Below are positions 21,170-30,842 of a stretch of 64,000 bases of DNA, in pieces. The translations under genes were made by a program, and so were the position numbers. The first letter of the stretch is position 1. Every line of letters starts with the position of its first letter. Below the pieces are notes generated by a model. The model did not search any database, was not told where the DNA came from, and was given only the letters and a program-made list of their open reading frames with translations. Origin of the DNA: Pseudomonadota bacterium. GTDB lineage: Bacteria > Myxococcota_A > UBA9042 > GCA-2863065. The stretch is taken from contig CANMLD010000001.1 in NCBI GenBank assembly GCA_947498315.1, positions 38,781-102,780 on the forward strand. Direction: 5' to 3'.

Positions 21170-21480
21170 GTGGTCTGTGCGAGCACCCACTGCAGGTAGG
21201 GGTCGTGTGCGTGCGTCACTGGCATGCCGATGATCTCCGGCACGTCGTAGGGGTGAATGGAGGCGATGTGTGAGGTCAGCTCTTCCAAACGCTCTTCGGT
21301 GGTCTTCATGACCAACATCGCTTCGGCGTCAGAGCAGATTCGCCCATCCCACCGGTAGACCGACTGCACCTCGGGGAGGATGTTCACGCAGGCGACGAGG
21401 CGGGCTTCAACGAGCGCGTTTGCCAGCTCGGAGGCGACCGCGGTCGGACAGGTGCAGTAGACGACGACGATCCCGGTCAC
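21157..21480 (-). CDS. cutA: Divalent-cation tolerance protein CutA
   Basis: The 107 aa product has the CutA1 hallmarks VVVYCTCP...LVACVNILPEVQSVYRWDGRI...MLVMKT...IHPYDVPEII. Confidence 0.9.
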   Translation of the reverse strand: MTGIVVVYCTCPTAVASELANALVEARLVACVNILPEVQSVYRWDGRICSDAEAMLVMKTTEERLEELTSHIASIHPYDVPEIIGMPVTHAHDPYLQWVLAQTTQAE

Positions 21481-21929
21481 TTCTTGAAGAGCGCGTCGAG
21501 GCGAGCCTTGGCGTCGGTCTCGGTCTTGGGTGAGCCGGTGAAATCGAGCGTCGGCTTCGCTGCGGTGGCGGCGGGCGCGCTCCCGAAGAGGGCTTCGAGC
21601 TTCTTCTTGGCGTCGTCGGATGGCGAGGACGTGCCCGCCATGGGGCGGAACTCGAAGTAGACACAGAAGTTCCCCTCAGACCGGTCGCGGATGAACTCGC
21701 CCTGGTTCTCGAGGCACTCGTTGTGCACGTTCTTGTCGTGGTGCTTGCAGTTGAAGCAACTGTGCAGGTAGGCGCTGCAGTTCGGGCACATGTCGCGGCG
21801 CCCGACTTTGACCTCGAGGACCAGCTCTTCGCCACACTTGTAACAGGCATGCCGTTTGGCTTCGGTCTTGGCGTAGTACACGGCGTCTCGAGGCTCCCTG
21901 CGGTGCGGTGTTCGGGCGTGACCGCCCAT
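21477..21929 (-). CDS. Cysteine-rich zinc-ribbon protein
   Basis: Motifs are ACYKCGEEL...CPNCSAYLHSCFNCKHH...HNEC, eight Cys in CxxC pairs. A 4 nt overlap with cutA suggests co-transcription. The start is uncertain. Confidence 0.5.
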   Translation of the reverse strand: MGGHARTPHRREPRDAVYYAKTEAKRHACYKCGEELVLEVKVGRRDMCPNCSAYLHSCFNCKHHDKNVHNECLENQGEFIRDRSEGNFCVYFEFRPMAGTSSPSDDAKKKLEALFGSAPAATAAKPTLDFTGSPKTETDAKARLDALFKK

Positions 21930-22039
21930 CCCGGACGCTAGCGCGACACGAGGCCTCGCAGCTTAGCCGGGCCGCGCGGCATGGACAAGCACGACGATTC
22001 TGCGTGACGCACGCCCCATGGTTCGCGTTAGAAGGCCGC

Positions 22040-22657
22040 ATGCTCGACCCGGACTATCAGCGCCCCATCCGCTCCCGTTACTTCGACGCCCTCGAGCTCG
22101 TGTGGCTGTCCACCGCGCGTCGGCTGGGGCTGACGCTGCGCCGCGATCCCAGCATCTTCAGCCGCACCGATGGCTCCGGCCTCCTCTGGCTCGGTCCCCG
22201 CGCCGACCTCGACCCGGATGACACGCTGTGCCAGATGCTCCTTCACGAGCTCTGTCACTGGATCACCAATGGGATCGAGACTTTCCACGAGCAGGACTGG
22301 GGCTTCCCGCTCATGGACGGCGACGACCCGCGCGAGTTCGCGTCGTTGCGACTCCAGGCCTGGCTCGCCGACCTGCACGGGCTCCGCGGCATGCTCGGCC
22401 CCACGGGAAAGTACCGCGAGTACTTCGATCGCATCCCTGTCGATCCGCTCGCCCCCCTCGACGACTCTCCGGAGGAGGCGCACATCGTGACGGTCGCCAT
22501 CGAGGCCATCGAACGAAGCCAGGGCGCGCCTTTTCAGCCCGCACTCGGGGCGGCGCTCAAGGCGACCGCGGCGCTTCGCGACCTGCTATTGCCCTTCGAG
22601 GTCGATCACCTCGCCGATGATGAGGAGGAGGGGTTACCGAGTCTTTGGACGCGTTGA
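22040..22657 (+). CDS. Hypothetical protein with an HExxH motif, a putative zincin-like metallopeptidase
   Basis: ...DTLCQMLLHELCHWITNG.... The start is at the internal ATG (MLDPDYQ). It is divergent from the zinc-ribbon/cutA pair. Confidence 0.5.
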   Translation: MLDPDYQRPIRSRYFDALELVWLSTARRLGLTLRRDPSIFSRTDGSGLLWLGPRADLDPDDTLCQMLLHELCHWITNGIETFHEQDWGFPLMDGDDPREFASLRLQAWLADLHGLRGMLGPTGKYREYFDRIPVDPLAPLDDSPEEAHIVTVAIEAIERSQGAPFQPALGAALKATAALRDLLLPFEVDHLADDEEEGLPSLWTR

Positions 22658-22712
22658 GGCCAGCAGAGGTGGCGCTTGCCCCCGCTTCGCCCGACTGGCA
22701 CCATTTCAGCCC

Positions 22713-23288
22713 ATGGAGATGCAATCGACCTCGACACCCTTCATGACGCCACGTCGGCTGCGTCGGCAGGAGTACGACCAGCTCGTCGCCTTGGGGGCTT
22801 TCGATGGCGAGAAGATCGAGCTCATTCGAGGAGCGCTGTTCAGAATGAGCCCAATACCACCGAGACATTCCTGTGTCGTTCAACGACTTCAGTCCCGTTT
22901 CCACACGGGCCTGATGGAACGAGCGATCATGATTGGGCAGTCACCATTCATCGCGGCCGACGACTCCCAACCAGAACCCGACGTGGCGATCGTTCCAACG
23001 CGCGACTAAAGCGACGAACATCCCGATGAGGCGTTGCTGCTCATCGAAGTCGCCGAGTCATCGCTACGGTCTGACCGAGACGTGAAAGGCCCGCTCTACG
23101 CGGAGAGCCGGGTCCGTGAGTACTGGATCGTCGCTATCGAACGGGATTGTATCGAGGTCTATCGAGACTCGGCGGACGGCCACTGGAATACGGTGTTCAC
23201 CGTGGGCCGAGACGGCACAGACTCACCACTCGCGTTCCCCGATCTCGTCATCCCCGTCGAGGCAATCCTCCCCCCGCCGCGTTGTTAG
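22713..23288 (+). pseudogene. Uma2-family (DUF820) endonuclease interrupted by an in-frame TAA
   Basis: The N-terminal half (MEMQ...LIRGALFRMSPIPPRHSCVVQRLQ...PEPDVAIVPTRD) and the C-terminal half (LLIEVAESSLRSDRDVKGPLYAESRVREYWIV...IEVYR) are in the same frame. They are separated only by TAA 23007-23009. Both halves match the Uma2 consensus. Confidence 0.7.
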
Positions 23289-23982
23289 ACCGAGTCGAGA
23301 AGCCGCGAACCACCGACAGGAGCCCGAGCGCGAGGACGATCGGCGTGTGCGTCACGAGCACATGCAGCGCTTCGAGGTGGGGGCAGTGGAGCCCGATCGC
23401 GAGGTAGCCGCCGAACCCAGCGGCCGCCCCCGCCGCGAACGCCGTGGCGCCGAGCTGCGGCGAGCGCGCCGACGCCGACACGAGCGCGACGCCGGGGAGC
23501 GAGAGCACGAGGCCCATTCCGAGGCAGGCGGCCGGACCGATGGGACCGGCGCCGTGGCTGGCATAGGCAAGAATTCCGACGGCAATGGGTGATAGGAGCG
23601 TCGCCGCCAAGGTCGCGACGGCAACCGCCCGACTCAGCGGCGGTCGGTAAAGCGGACGCATCGCCAGCACGACCGCGAGTAGGACGGCGAAACCCGAAAG
23701 CCCAATCAGCACGGCGCGTTCGGCCACGCTTTGCGCGGGCGTGAACGCGGACCCGGCGAGCGCCGTGAGCCCAATCGGCAAGCCCAGCGCCATCAGGGCG
23801 ACCACCGCAGCCCGAGCTGGGGTGGGGCGTGATCGCCACCAAGCCATCGGCCCTCGTTCGCGAGCGAGCGCGTCATCGAGCGTCGGACGCAGGCTCGCGA
23901 GCAGCGCCTTCTCTTCGCTCTCTGTCGACGTGTATCGCTCGTCACCGCCGTTCATCGCCAGGACTCTCCATGGGCGCATCGC
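23248..23982 (-). CDS. Putative anti-sigma factor, a membrane protein, downstream of the ECF sigma factor
   Basis: It lies 36 nt after the ECF sigma stop and has about five hydrophobic helices. The start is uncertain between ATG 23982 and ATG 23958. The tracked ORF extends into the sigma gene and was trimmed. Confidence 0.5.
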   Translation of the reverse strand, partial: AMRPWRVLAMNGGDERYTSTESEEKALLASLRPTLDDALARERGPMAWWRSRPTPARAAVVALMALGLPIGLTALAGSAFTPAQSVAERAVLIGLSGFAVLLAVVLAMRPLYRPPLSRAVAVATLAATLLSPIAVGILAYASHGAGPIGPAACLGMGLVLSLPGVALVSASARSPQLGATAFAAGAAAGFGGYLAIGLHCPHLEALHVLVTHTPIVLALGLLSVVRGFSTRSNNAAGGGLPRRG

Positions 23983-24017
23983 CTCGCCATTTTGTCTACG
24001 CCCCGGAGCGGCATCGG

Positions 24018-24566
24018 TTACACCGGCTCCGCAGACAGGATCACTCGAAGCTTCTCGTAACCTCGGTGAGCACGCACCTTGACGGCCGACAGGCCGGCGC
24101 CGACGACGGTCGCGACCTCCGCGAACGGCATCTCTTCGAGCCAATGCAGCTCGATGACCTCGCGCTGTCCTTGGGGCAGGGCCGCAAGCGCTGCCCGAAG
24201 CCGCTCGATGTCCTTGGGCCGATCGAGATCCGGCGGCGGCTCGGCAGGCACATCGAGCGCCTCGACGTCGGTGTAGACCTCCTTCGACCGCCCCCACGTA
24301 CGTTGCCGTTGCCGGCGCAGGTTGAGCGCGATGGTCATCACCCACGGCTTCAGTGGCCGCGTGCCATCGAAGTCGAAGCGGGCCCGATGGATTTGAAGGA
24401 AGGTCTGTTGAACGACGTCGGCGACCTCTGCCCGCCGGTCGAGCGCTCGAGCGACGACCCGCGTCAGCAGCGGCGCGTAGCGGCCAAAGAGCACGTCAAA
24501 GGCGCGACTGTCCCCATCTCGGTAACGCAGGAACAGGGCTTCGTCGGTCTCGAACTCAGGCGGCAC
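24018..24566 (-). CDS. ECF (sigma-70 family group 4) RNA polymerase sigma factor
   Basis: Region 2 is VVQQTFLQIHR...FDGTRPLKPWVMTIALNLRR. Region 4 is ALPQGQREVIELHWLEEMPFAEVATVVGAGLSAVKVRAHRGYEKLR. Confidence 0.85.
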   Translation of the reverse strand: MPPEFETDEALFLRYRDGDSRAFDVLFGRYAPLLTRVVARALDRRAEVADVVQQTFLQIHRARFDFDGTRPLKPWVMTIALNLRRQRQRTWGRSKEVYTDVEALDVPAEPPPDLDRPKDIERLRAALAALPQGQREVIELHWLEEMPFAEVATVVGAGLSAVKVRAHRGYEKLRVILSAEPV

Positions 24567-24717
24567 GGGGGGACGGTGCCATGCGGCGGGGAGCTGTGCA
24601 ACTCAGCCACAGCGACGGCGTCGCCGGCTCCCGCCGGAGCTCCCGCTGGGCTTCAGCGCCTGCGGGATCGCTTCAAGGCCATCACCGGGGTAGAGCCCTC
24701 CTAGCCCCCGCTGAGCG

Positions 24718-25746
24718 TTAGACCCCGCCCGCTACCGCCGCATCGACCTGTGCCCGAGCCCTCGGACCGACCTCTTTGAAGTGAGCGAGCTGAATATCGA
24801 GTCCGAGCCGGCCCGCCCGGCCGACGGCCCGACCGATGGCCCTATGAATCCACGCGTCGTCATTGCCGAACGCCCCGCCGCCGAGAAAGGTCAGCACTAC
24901 GCGGCCGCTGCCATGCCCTGTGGCTCGGTCGAGCGCGGCCGCGAGCACGGTCGCTTCGTACGCCGCGTCGAGGGCGAGCGTTCCGAGCGGGGCCCATGGC
25001 TCAGTCCGGAGGCCAGAGTAGGCCACCGAAAGCGCAGAGCAGAAGGCCTGCGAACACGTCGGCGGTCCCGACGGGCGCGGCGCTGGCCGCCGGAATCGGC
25101 TCGCGAAGGTCACCTCGACGCGCGTCTGCAGGCCGATTCGGATGTGGCCCATGAGCTCGTCGCGGTCAGACGCGCCCAGGCGGCTTCCGAGCGTCGCGAG
25201 GCGGGGTAGGGTGGAGGTCGTGTAGCCGTTCTTCACGCCCCAGCCTGGATCGCCCGGTCCGAGCGCCGCTGCGAGCCCCGCCAGATTGTCGATCTGGCGG
25301 TCCCGGGTCTGGCCGATCTGATCGCCGACCGGCGCGAAGTAGTTCCGGTACACCGTCGCCGCACCGGCCGCCATGGCGCAGGCGGGACCCTGCGTCGGGT
25401 CGCTCTGATAGCCCGTGACCCCATGCTCGGGCAACACCGAAGGACCTGTGAACTCCAGGCAGTTGAACTGCGATGCGACCTGAAACAGGGCGCCCTGATA
25501 CTCCGGCCGCGCATGCGCCTCGAAGATGTCCGCGACGGCGAGATGCTCGAAGCGGCTCGGGCCGAGGTCGGGGAGATCAGTGGCTCTTTCACGAAGCGTC
25601 GCCAATGACGGCGTCTCGAAGAGCCCGGTCCCATAGGACTGGCCATTGACCCGGCTCAGCAGCCGCTCACCCTCGACCGAGAAGCTCGCTTGCGTCCGAG
25701 TGTAGTCCGTCTCGCGAAAGCCGAAGAGGGTCTGAAACCAGTCCAT
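24718..25746 (-). CDS. Conserved hypothetical protein of unknown function
   Basis: The 342 aa ORF has protein-like composition (MDWFQTLFGFRE...QVASQFNCLEF...TFLGGGAFGNDDAWIHRAI). I recognise no domain family with confidence. Confidence 0.55.
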   Translation of the reverse strand: MDWFQTLFGFRETDYTRTQASFSVEGERLLSRVNGQSYGTGLFETPSLATLRERATDLPDLGPSRFEHLAVADIFEAHARPEYQGALFQVASQFNCLEFTGPSVLPEHGVTGYQSDPTQGPACAMAAGAATVYRNYFAPVGDQIGQTRDRQIDNLAGLAAALGPGDPGWGVKNGYTTSTLPRLATLGSRLGASDRDELMGHIRIGLQTRVEVTFASRFRRPAPRPSGPPTCSQAFCSALSVAYSGLRTEPWAPLGTLALDAAYEATVLAAALDRATGHGSGRVVLTFLGGGAFGNDDAWIHRAIGRAVGRAGRLGLDIQLAHFKEVGPRARAQVDAAVAGGV

Positions 25747-25755
25747 GTCGCCGCC

Positions 25756-28700
25756 TCAGGTCGCGCCGTAGACCGTGAGGGTGTACGGGAACGCGCCGAA
25801 ATCATTGATCGTCTTGCCGCGAATCTCGATGAGATACTCCCTCGAGCCGGCCGGGAGCTCGGGCCGCGGCACGGTCCAGTCGATGTCGATGGACTCGTTC
25901 GCTTTCCCAGAGTTCTCCGACGTGTAGGTCGCCTGATAGACGCCCGACTTGAACACATGCACCGAGAGGTCGAAGTCGAGCGCGCCCATGAGCGGCGTTA
26001 CGTCGACGCGGATCCGGTTGCCGGTCGCCTCGAAGAAGTCCTTGTCGCCCTTGACCGAGATCATCGAGCGGGTCTCGCGGATGGTCCCGGACGACGAGTT
26101 GTAGCGGTCAACGAAGCCGCGCACCTTCATGGCCCGTGCGGACGCCAGTGTGGCCGTGGGGCCCGGCACGAAGGGCGCCGCCCAGCGATCGTTCGGCTCG
26201 AAGGGGTCGATGGCGCCCGTTCGGTAGAGCTGCCCACCGGTCGTCTCGAGGTGGCCGTTCGTGAGGAGCCGCGCCGGCGTGGCGGTGTTCTGACCCAAGG
26301 TGTAGCAGTGCAGCTCCGCGTTGGCTGTCCCGACGAAGAGGATGTCGAGGCGCCCGTCCCGGTTGATGTCGCCGATGACGGGGGCATCCGCAGCGGTCGT
26401 GATCGGATAGCCGTCCATCACCGTCCCAGCCCGGGTGATGCTGACTGCACTCCCGGTCGTGCGAACCACCTCCCAAATGCCGTCGCCGTCCAGGTCGACC
26501 ACGCCGCCTTGGGTGCCTGACTGTTTTCCCGCCGTGAGGACGCCCGAGCCGTCTATCGGGGCGAGCCGAGTATTGCCCGTGTTCACGCCTGAGGCGGGCG
26601 TCGCGGCGGTGCCGTCGAGGTTCCACGCCAGGTTCAACGTGCCACCGTTCGACTTGCCGAAGCTGTGCCAGATCTCGTTGGCGCCATCGCCGTCGACGTC
26701 CGCGATGAGCGGGACGGGGCCGCCCGCATAGGCGAAGGCCGAGTCCTGGACTATGAAGTTCGTCGTTGGGTCTTTCGCGTAGGCGCCGGTGATGGGGTCG
26801 ACCACGACGAGGTAGCCCTTACACGCTGGGTTGCCGGGCGTGTTGCATGTGTAGTAGCCGGTACCGACGACGACCTCCGCGTCGCCATCGCCGTCGATGT
26901 CCACTGCCGCGGGCACGTCGGCCGAGAAGTAGGCTCCTGCCGGCGCCGCTACTTTGTGGATGGTCTTCGCGCCACCGCTCCCGTTGCGCAGGATGATGGA
27001 CAAATGGTCGTCCGTCCCTCCGACGAGATCGATGTTGCCGTCGGCGTCGAGGTCGAACGCGATGCCGGGACGATAGCCCGTCACTCGTACAGCGGCACCG
27101 CTGTAGCTCTCGATGACGGCGCCGGTCTTGCCGTTCAGCACGCGCACGAGGTTGCCCTCGAAGGTCACCACGTCGACCTGCCCATCGAGGTTCACGTCGG
27201 CCAAGACCGGATAGCTGTACGCGATGGATGCGGGGGTGCTCCAAAGCTCGTCGCCCGTCGCCGTGAAGACCTGAACCGGGCCCGTCCCGACCGTGACGAC
27301 TTCGTAGGTGTTCGTCGCGGCGTCGAGCTGACCGATTGCCGGGTAGCCGACCGTCGCGCCGATGGGAATGGGCCAATTCCCTGCGCAGATCTCGGGGCAT
27401 TGGACGTCGACGACCTTGCCGTCGCAGTTGTTGAGCTGGCCGTCGCAGAGCTCGGGGGCCCCGGGATAGGCGGTCGCCGCCGAGTCGTTGCAGTCAGTGG
27501 CGACGGTCGCGTAGCCCTTCGGCGCCGCATCGGACGTCCCATCGCCACTCGAGTCCGAGAGGCAGCTCTTCGTGCCCGGCGTGCCCTTCGCGCCGTACGC
27601 GTCACCATCGAGGTCGACGTAGACGGTCACGAGGGGCAGGCTCTCGTCGGTCTGCCCGTCGCAGTCGTCGTCGATGAGGTTGCAGCCTTCGGTCTTGTTC
27701 GGAGCGATGGCCCCGTTGAAGTCATTGCAGTCGCCGCCTTTGCTCGAGTAACCGGGTGGCACGGAGCAGGCCTCTTTGGTGTTGTAGGCCGCCCCGAAGG
27801 TGTCGCCGTCGTTGTCGACGTAGAACGTCTCCTTCACGCCCTCGTCGACTTGCCCGTTGCAGTTGTTGTCCTTGTTGTCACAGGCCTCGAGCGCGCCCGG
27901 GTAGCGGTCCTTGTCGTTATCGTCGCAATCGTCGCCTTCGACGGCGGGGTACGCCGTGGTGGGTCCACACAGGCACTTCACCTGGCCGGCCGTGCCGTGC
28001 CCGTCGCCGTCCTTGTCGGCGAAGTGGTTCGTGCAGCCGAGCGAGCCCTCCTCGTCGGTCTGACCGTCACAGTCGTCGTCCGTACCGTTGCACACCTCGA
28101 GCTGGCCGGGCTTCACTGATGGCGCGCTGTCATTGCAGTCCCCGCCGAGAGCGACGAGGCCCGACGTGCCCGGACAGGCACAGGACGGGGCACCCGAACC
28201 GTAGCCGTCGCCGTCACCGTCGACGTAGGCGTTGCTGCACCCGAACGACCCGACGCCGTCGACGTTGCCGTCGCAGTCGTCGTCCTTGCCATTGCAGGAC
28301 TCCGTCGCATCGGGGAACACCAACGCGTTCTTGTCGTCGCAGTCCCCCGCCGTCGGCGCCGTGAAGGGGGGTAGGCCACCGCAGAGGCAGCGGCTCACCG
28401 CGGCGTTGCCAAAACCGTCACCGTCTTCGTTCAGGTAATACGTGACGCACCCGCCGGCGTTCTCTTCGTCCACGGCACCATCGCAGTCGTCATCCCGACC
28501 GTTGCAGGACTCGGTCGCCGCTGGCGAGACGGCAGCGTCGAGCGGCGCACAGTCAATACCGTCAGGTGCGCCATCGCCATCGTCGTCGTCGTCGCAAACG
28601 TCGCCTTTGCCGTCGCCGTCCTTGTTGGCCTGACCGCCGTTGCTCAGCACCGGGCAGTTGTCGTCTGGGTCGAGCACGCCGTCACCGTCGTCGTCGTCGT

Positions 28701-30801
28701 CGAGGCAGTTCGCCACGCCATCCGCGTCGTTGTCCGGGAACCCTTCGTCCGCGATGCCGTTGCAGTTGTCGTCGATGGCGTTGCACGCCTCGGTCGCGCC
28801 GTGGTGGACGAGCGGGTTGAGCTTTTGGCAGTCGGTGAGGTCCGGATCGAGGTCACCGTCGAGGTCCGACTCGCAAGCGTCGCCGATCCCGTCACCGTCC
28901 GAATCCGTCTGACCCGGGTCCGGCGTCACCGGGCACAGATCGTCCTGGTCAGCCACGCCGTCGCCGTCGTCGTCGACGTCGACGCAGTCGGCCGCCCCAT
29001 CGGCGTCGAGGTCGGGGAAACCCTCGTCGACGAGCTTGTCGCAGCTTTGGTCGATGCCGTCGCACACCTCCTTGGCGCCGGGCTGAATGGTCGCGTCGAG
29101 CGGCGCGCAGTCCGAGCCGTCGGGCCACAAGTCGCCGTCATCGTTGGGATCACAGGCATCTCCGAGCCCATCTGTATCGGTGTCGGTCTGGGCGGGGTCT
29201 GGGGTGACCGGGCATCCATCGCTCGCGTCCGGTACGCCATCGCCGTCGTCGTCGGCGGAGAGGCAGTCCGCCACGCCGTCGAGGTTGGTGTCGGGGTAGC
29301 CCTCATCGAGGAGGCCGTCGCAGTCCTGGTCCTTGCCGTCGCAGACCTCATCCGCGCCCGGGTGCACGGTGACGTCGAGCGGGGCGCAGTCTTGCGTGTC
29401 GGTCCAGCCGTCGCCGTCGTCATCGGGGTCGCAGGCATCGCCTGTCTCGTCGCCGTCGAAGTTCGCCTGGTCCGGGTCCTCGACGAAGGGGCAGACGTCG
29501 GTCAGGTCGGGGACGCCGTCGCCGTCTTTGTCGTTCTCGAGGCAGTCCGCGATCCCATCCTCGTCGGTGTCGGCGAACTGTTCGTCGATGCTCTCGTCAC
29601 AGTCGTTGTCTTTGCCGTCGCAGAGCTCGCTGGCGCCTGGGTAGACCACCGGGTCCGTCGGTACGCAGTCGCTCGCATCTGGCGCGAGATCGTTGTCATC
29701 ATCGGCGTCGCAGACGTCGCCCTGGGTGTCCTGGTCGAAGTTCTGCTGGTCCTCGTTTGGCACCGTCTTGCAGTTGTCTTCCTCGTTTGGGATCCCGTCG
29801 TCGTCCGCGTCGGACTCGAGGCAGTCGGCCTGGCCGTCGCCGTCGCTGTCCGGGAAGCCGTCGTCGGTGGCTCCGTTGCAGTCGTTGTCGACGCCGTCGC
29901 AGAGATCTTGGGCAGGGACGCGGGCGGAACAGACGAGCGCCCCGGAGTCGCACGTGCGTTCCCCGGAGCACGTGCCAACCTGATTGGAGCTTTCGCACGG
30001 ATCGGGCGGCAGGCCGTCGTCCGTGAGGCCGTTGCAGTCGTCGTCCTTGCCGTTGCACTGCTCCACGCTGGCCGCCGTTGCATCGCAAGCGGAGAGCCCC
30101 GCCGGTGTACATGTGCGGGTGCCGAGGCAGACCCCGATCTCATTGGCGCCCGAGCACGCCGTCGAGGCTTCCTCAGCGACCCACTGCGGCTTGCACGTGC
30201 ACTGTCCCGACGTCGGGACGCACTGCGGTGGCGCGCCCGTGACCGCCTCTTCGCACGCATAGCCGACCGGGCAAGCGACATCGGAGCAATCGCCGCCGCA
30301 GAAGGAGCCGTCGGGGCCGAACGACACGCACCGATCGTCGCCGACGCCGACCTGTCCGACGCAGTCTTCGCTCGTGCGACAAGGCCGACAGAGCTTCGGG
30401 AAACGCGGCACGCAGACGTAATGCAGGTCGGCGCCGGGCAGCGCGACGCCCTTGCAGGCGTACTCCTCCTTGCAGGTGTCGACGCAGGGGTCGGTGCACT
30501 CGCTCTCGACGCACACCCCGGACGGGCAGTCCGCGTTCTCCGCGCAGTAGGTCGGCGTCACCGGGCCGGGTTCGCCCGTGTCGGCATCACCCCCGTCGAC
30601 TCCGGGACCGGGCGTGCTGTCGCTCTCGAAGCCTGACACGTCCTTGCTGCCCGCCGCGTCCGATTCCAGCGGGACGACCGGGATATCGGGCTGTTCGCCC
30701 GACGTCGTCTCGGAGCCGCAAGCGCCGACCAGAAGGAGAAGCGGGATGAAGCGGGCGAACATCGTAGGGATCGTCATGCGTGGAGGGTAGTCGTTCGGCA
30801 T
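25756..30801 (-). CDS. Giant (1680 aa) secreted protein or lipoprotein. It carries Myxococcus cysteine-rich repeats (CxGxDDDCDG), TSP3-like acidic calcium-binding repeats, an FG-GAP/VCBS region and a C-terminal pre-peptidase (PPC) domain.
   Basis: The signal peptide ends in LLLVGACGSE. There are more than 15 copies of CNGKDDDCDG / CDG.D.DCDG and many DxDxDGxxD motifs. FG-GAP-like motifs include DIDGDGDAEVVVG, DVDGDGANEIW, DLDGDGIWEVV and DINRDGRLDILFVG. The C-terminal region EPNDRWAAP...DKDFFEATG...YLIEIRG...YTLTVYGAT matches PPC. Confidence 0.85.
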   Translation of the reverse strand: MPNDYPPRMTIPTMFARFIPLLLLVGACGSETTSGEQPDIPVVPLESDAAGSKDVSGFESDSTPGPGVDGGDADTGEPGPVTPTYCAENADCPSGVCVESECTDPCVDTCKEEYACKGVALPGADLHYVCVPRFPKLCRPCRTSEDCVGQVGVGDDRCVSFGPDGSFCGGDCSDVACPVGYACEEAVTGAPPQCVPTSGQCTCKPQWVAEEASTACSGANEIGVCLGTRTCTPAGLSACDATAASVEQCNGKDDDCNGLTDDGLPPDPCESSNQVGTCSGERTCDSGALVCSARVPAQDLCDGVDNDCNGATDDGFPDSDGDGQADCLESDADDDGIPNEEDNCKTVPNEDQQNFDQDTQGDVCDADDDNDLAPDASDCVPTDPVVYPGASELCDGKDNDCDESIDEQFADTDEDGIADCLENDKDGDGVPDLTDVCPFVEDPDQANFDGDETGDACDPDDDGDGWTDTQDCAPLDVTVHPGADEVCDGKDQDCDGLLDEGYPDTNLDGVADCLSADDDGDGVPDASDGCPVTPDPAQTDTDTDGLGDACDPNDDGDLWPDGSDCAPLDATIQPGAKEVCDGIDQSCDKLVDEGFPDLDADGAADCVDVDDDGDGVADQDDLCPVTPDPGQTDSDGDGIGDACESDLDGDLDPDLTDCQKLNPLVHHGATEACNAIDDNCNGIADEGFPDNDADGVANCLDDDDDGDGVLDPDDNCPVLSNGGQANKDGDGKGDVCDDDDDGDGAPDGIDCAPLDAAVSPAATESCNGRDDDCDGAVDEENAGGCVTYYLNEDGDGFGNAAVSRCLCGGLPPFTAPTAGDCDDKNALVFPDATESCNGKDDDCDGNVDGVGSFGCSNAYVDGDGDGYGSGAPSCACPGTSGLVALGGDCNDSAPSVKPGQLEVCNGTDDDCDGQTDEEGSLGCTNHFADKDGDGHGTAGQVKCLCGPTTAYPAVEGDDCDDNDKDRYPGALEACDNKDNNCNGQVDEGVKETFYVDNDGDTFGAAYNTKEACSVPPGYSSKGGDCNDFNGAIAPNKTEGCNLIDDDCDGQTDESLPLVTVYVDLDGDAYGAKGTPGTKSCLSDSSGDGTSDAAPKGYATVATDCNDSAATAYPGAPELCDGQLNNCDGKVVDVQCPEICAGNWPIPIGATVGYPAIGQLDAATNTYEVVTVGTGPVQVFTATGDELWSTPASIAYSYPVLADVNLDGQVDVVTFEGNLVRVLNGKTGAVIESYSGAAVRVTGYRPGIAFDLDADGNIDLVGGTDDHLSIILRNGSGGAKTIHKVAAPAGAYFSADVPAAVDIDGDGDAEVVVGTGYYTCNTPGNPACKGYLVVVDPITGAYAKDPTTNFIVQDSAFAYAGGPVPLIADVDGDGANEIWHSFGKSNGGTLNLAWNLDGTAATPASGVNTGNTRLAPIDGSGVLTAGKQSGTQGGVVDLDGDGIWEVVRTTGSAVSITRAGTVMDGYPITTAADAPVIGDINRDGRLDILFVGTANAELHCYTLGQNTATPARLLTNGHLETTGGQLYRTGAIDPFEPNDRWAAPFVPGPTATLASARAMKVRGFVDRYNSSSGTIRETRSMISVKGDKDFFEATGNRIRVDVTPLMGALDFDLSVHVFKSGVYQATYTSENSGKANESIDIDWTVPRPELPAGSREYLIEIRGKTINDFGAFPYTLTVYGAT

Positions 30802-30842
30802 GGGGCTGGTCTACCTCGAGGCGCTGTGATAGTGCGCCCCCC

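Noticed and set aside
23983-24345. N-terminal extension of the anti-sigma ORF
   Set aside because: It overlaps the 3' end of the ECF sigma gene in another frame. It is Arg/Ala-rich.
26665-30636. 484 aa and 611 aa plus-strand ORFs (26665..28119, 28801..30636) plus many shorter ones
   Set aside because: They are antisense to the giant 25756..30801 gene. They have a repetitive Val/Ala/Arg composition typical of GC-rich antisense frames.
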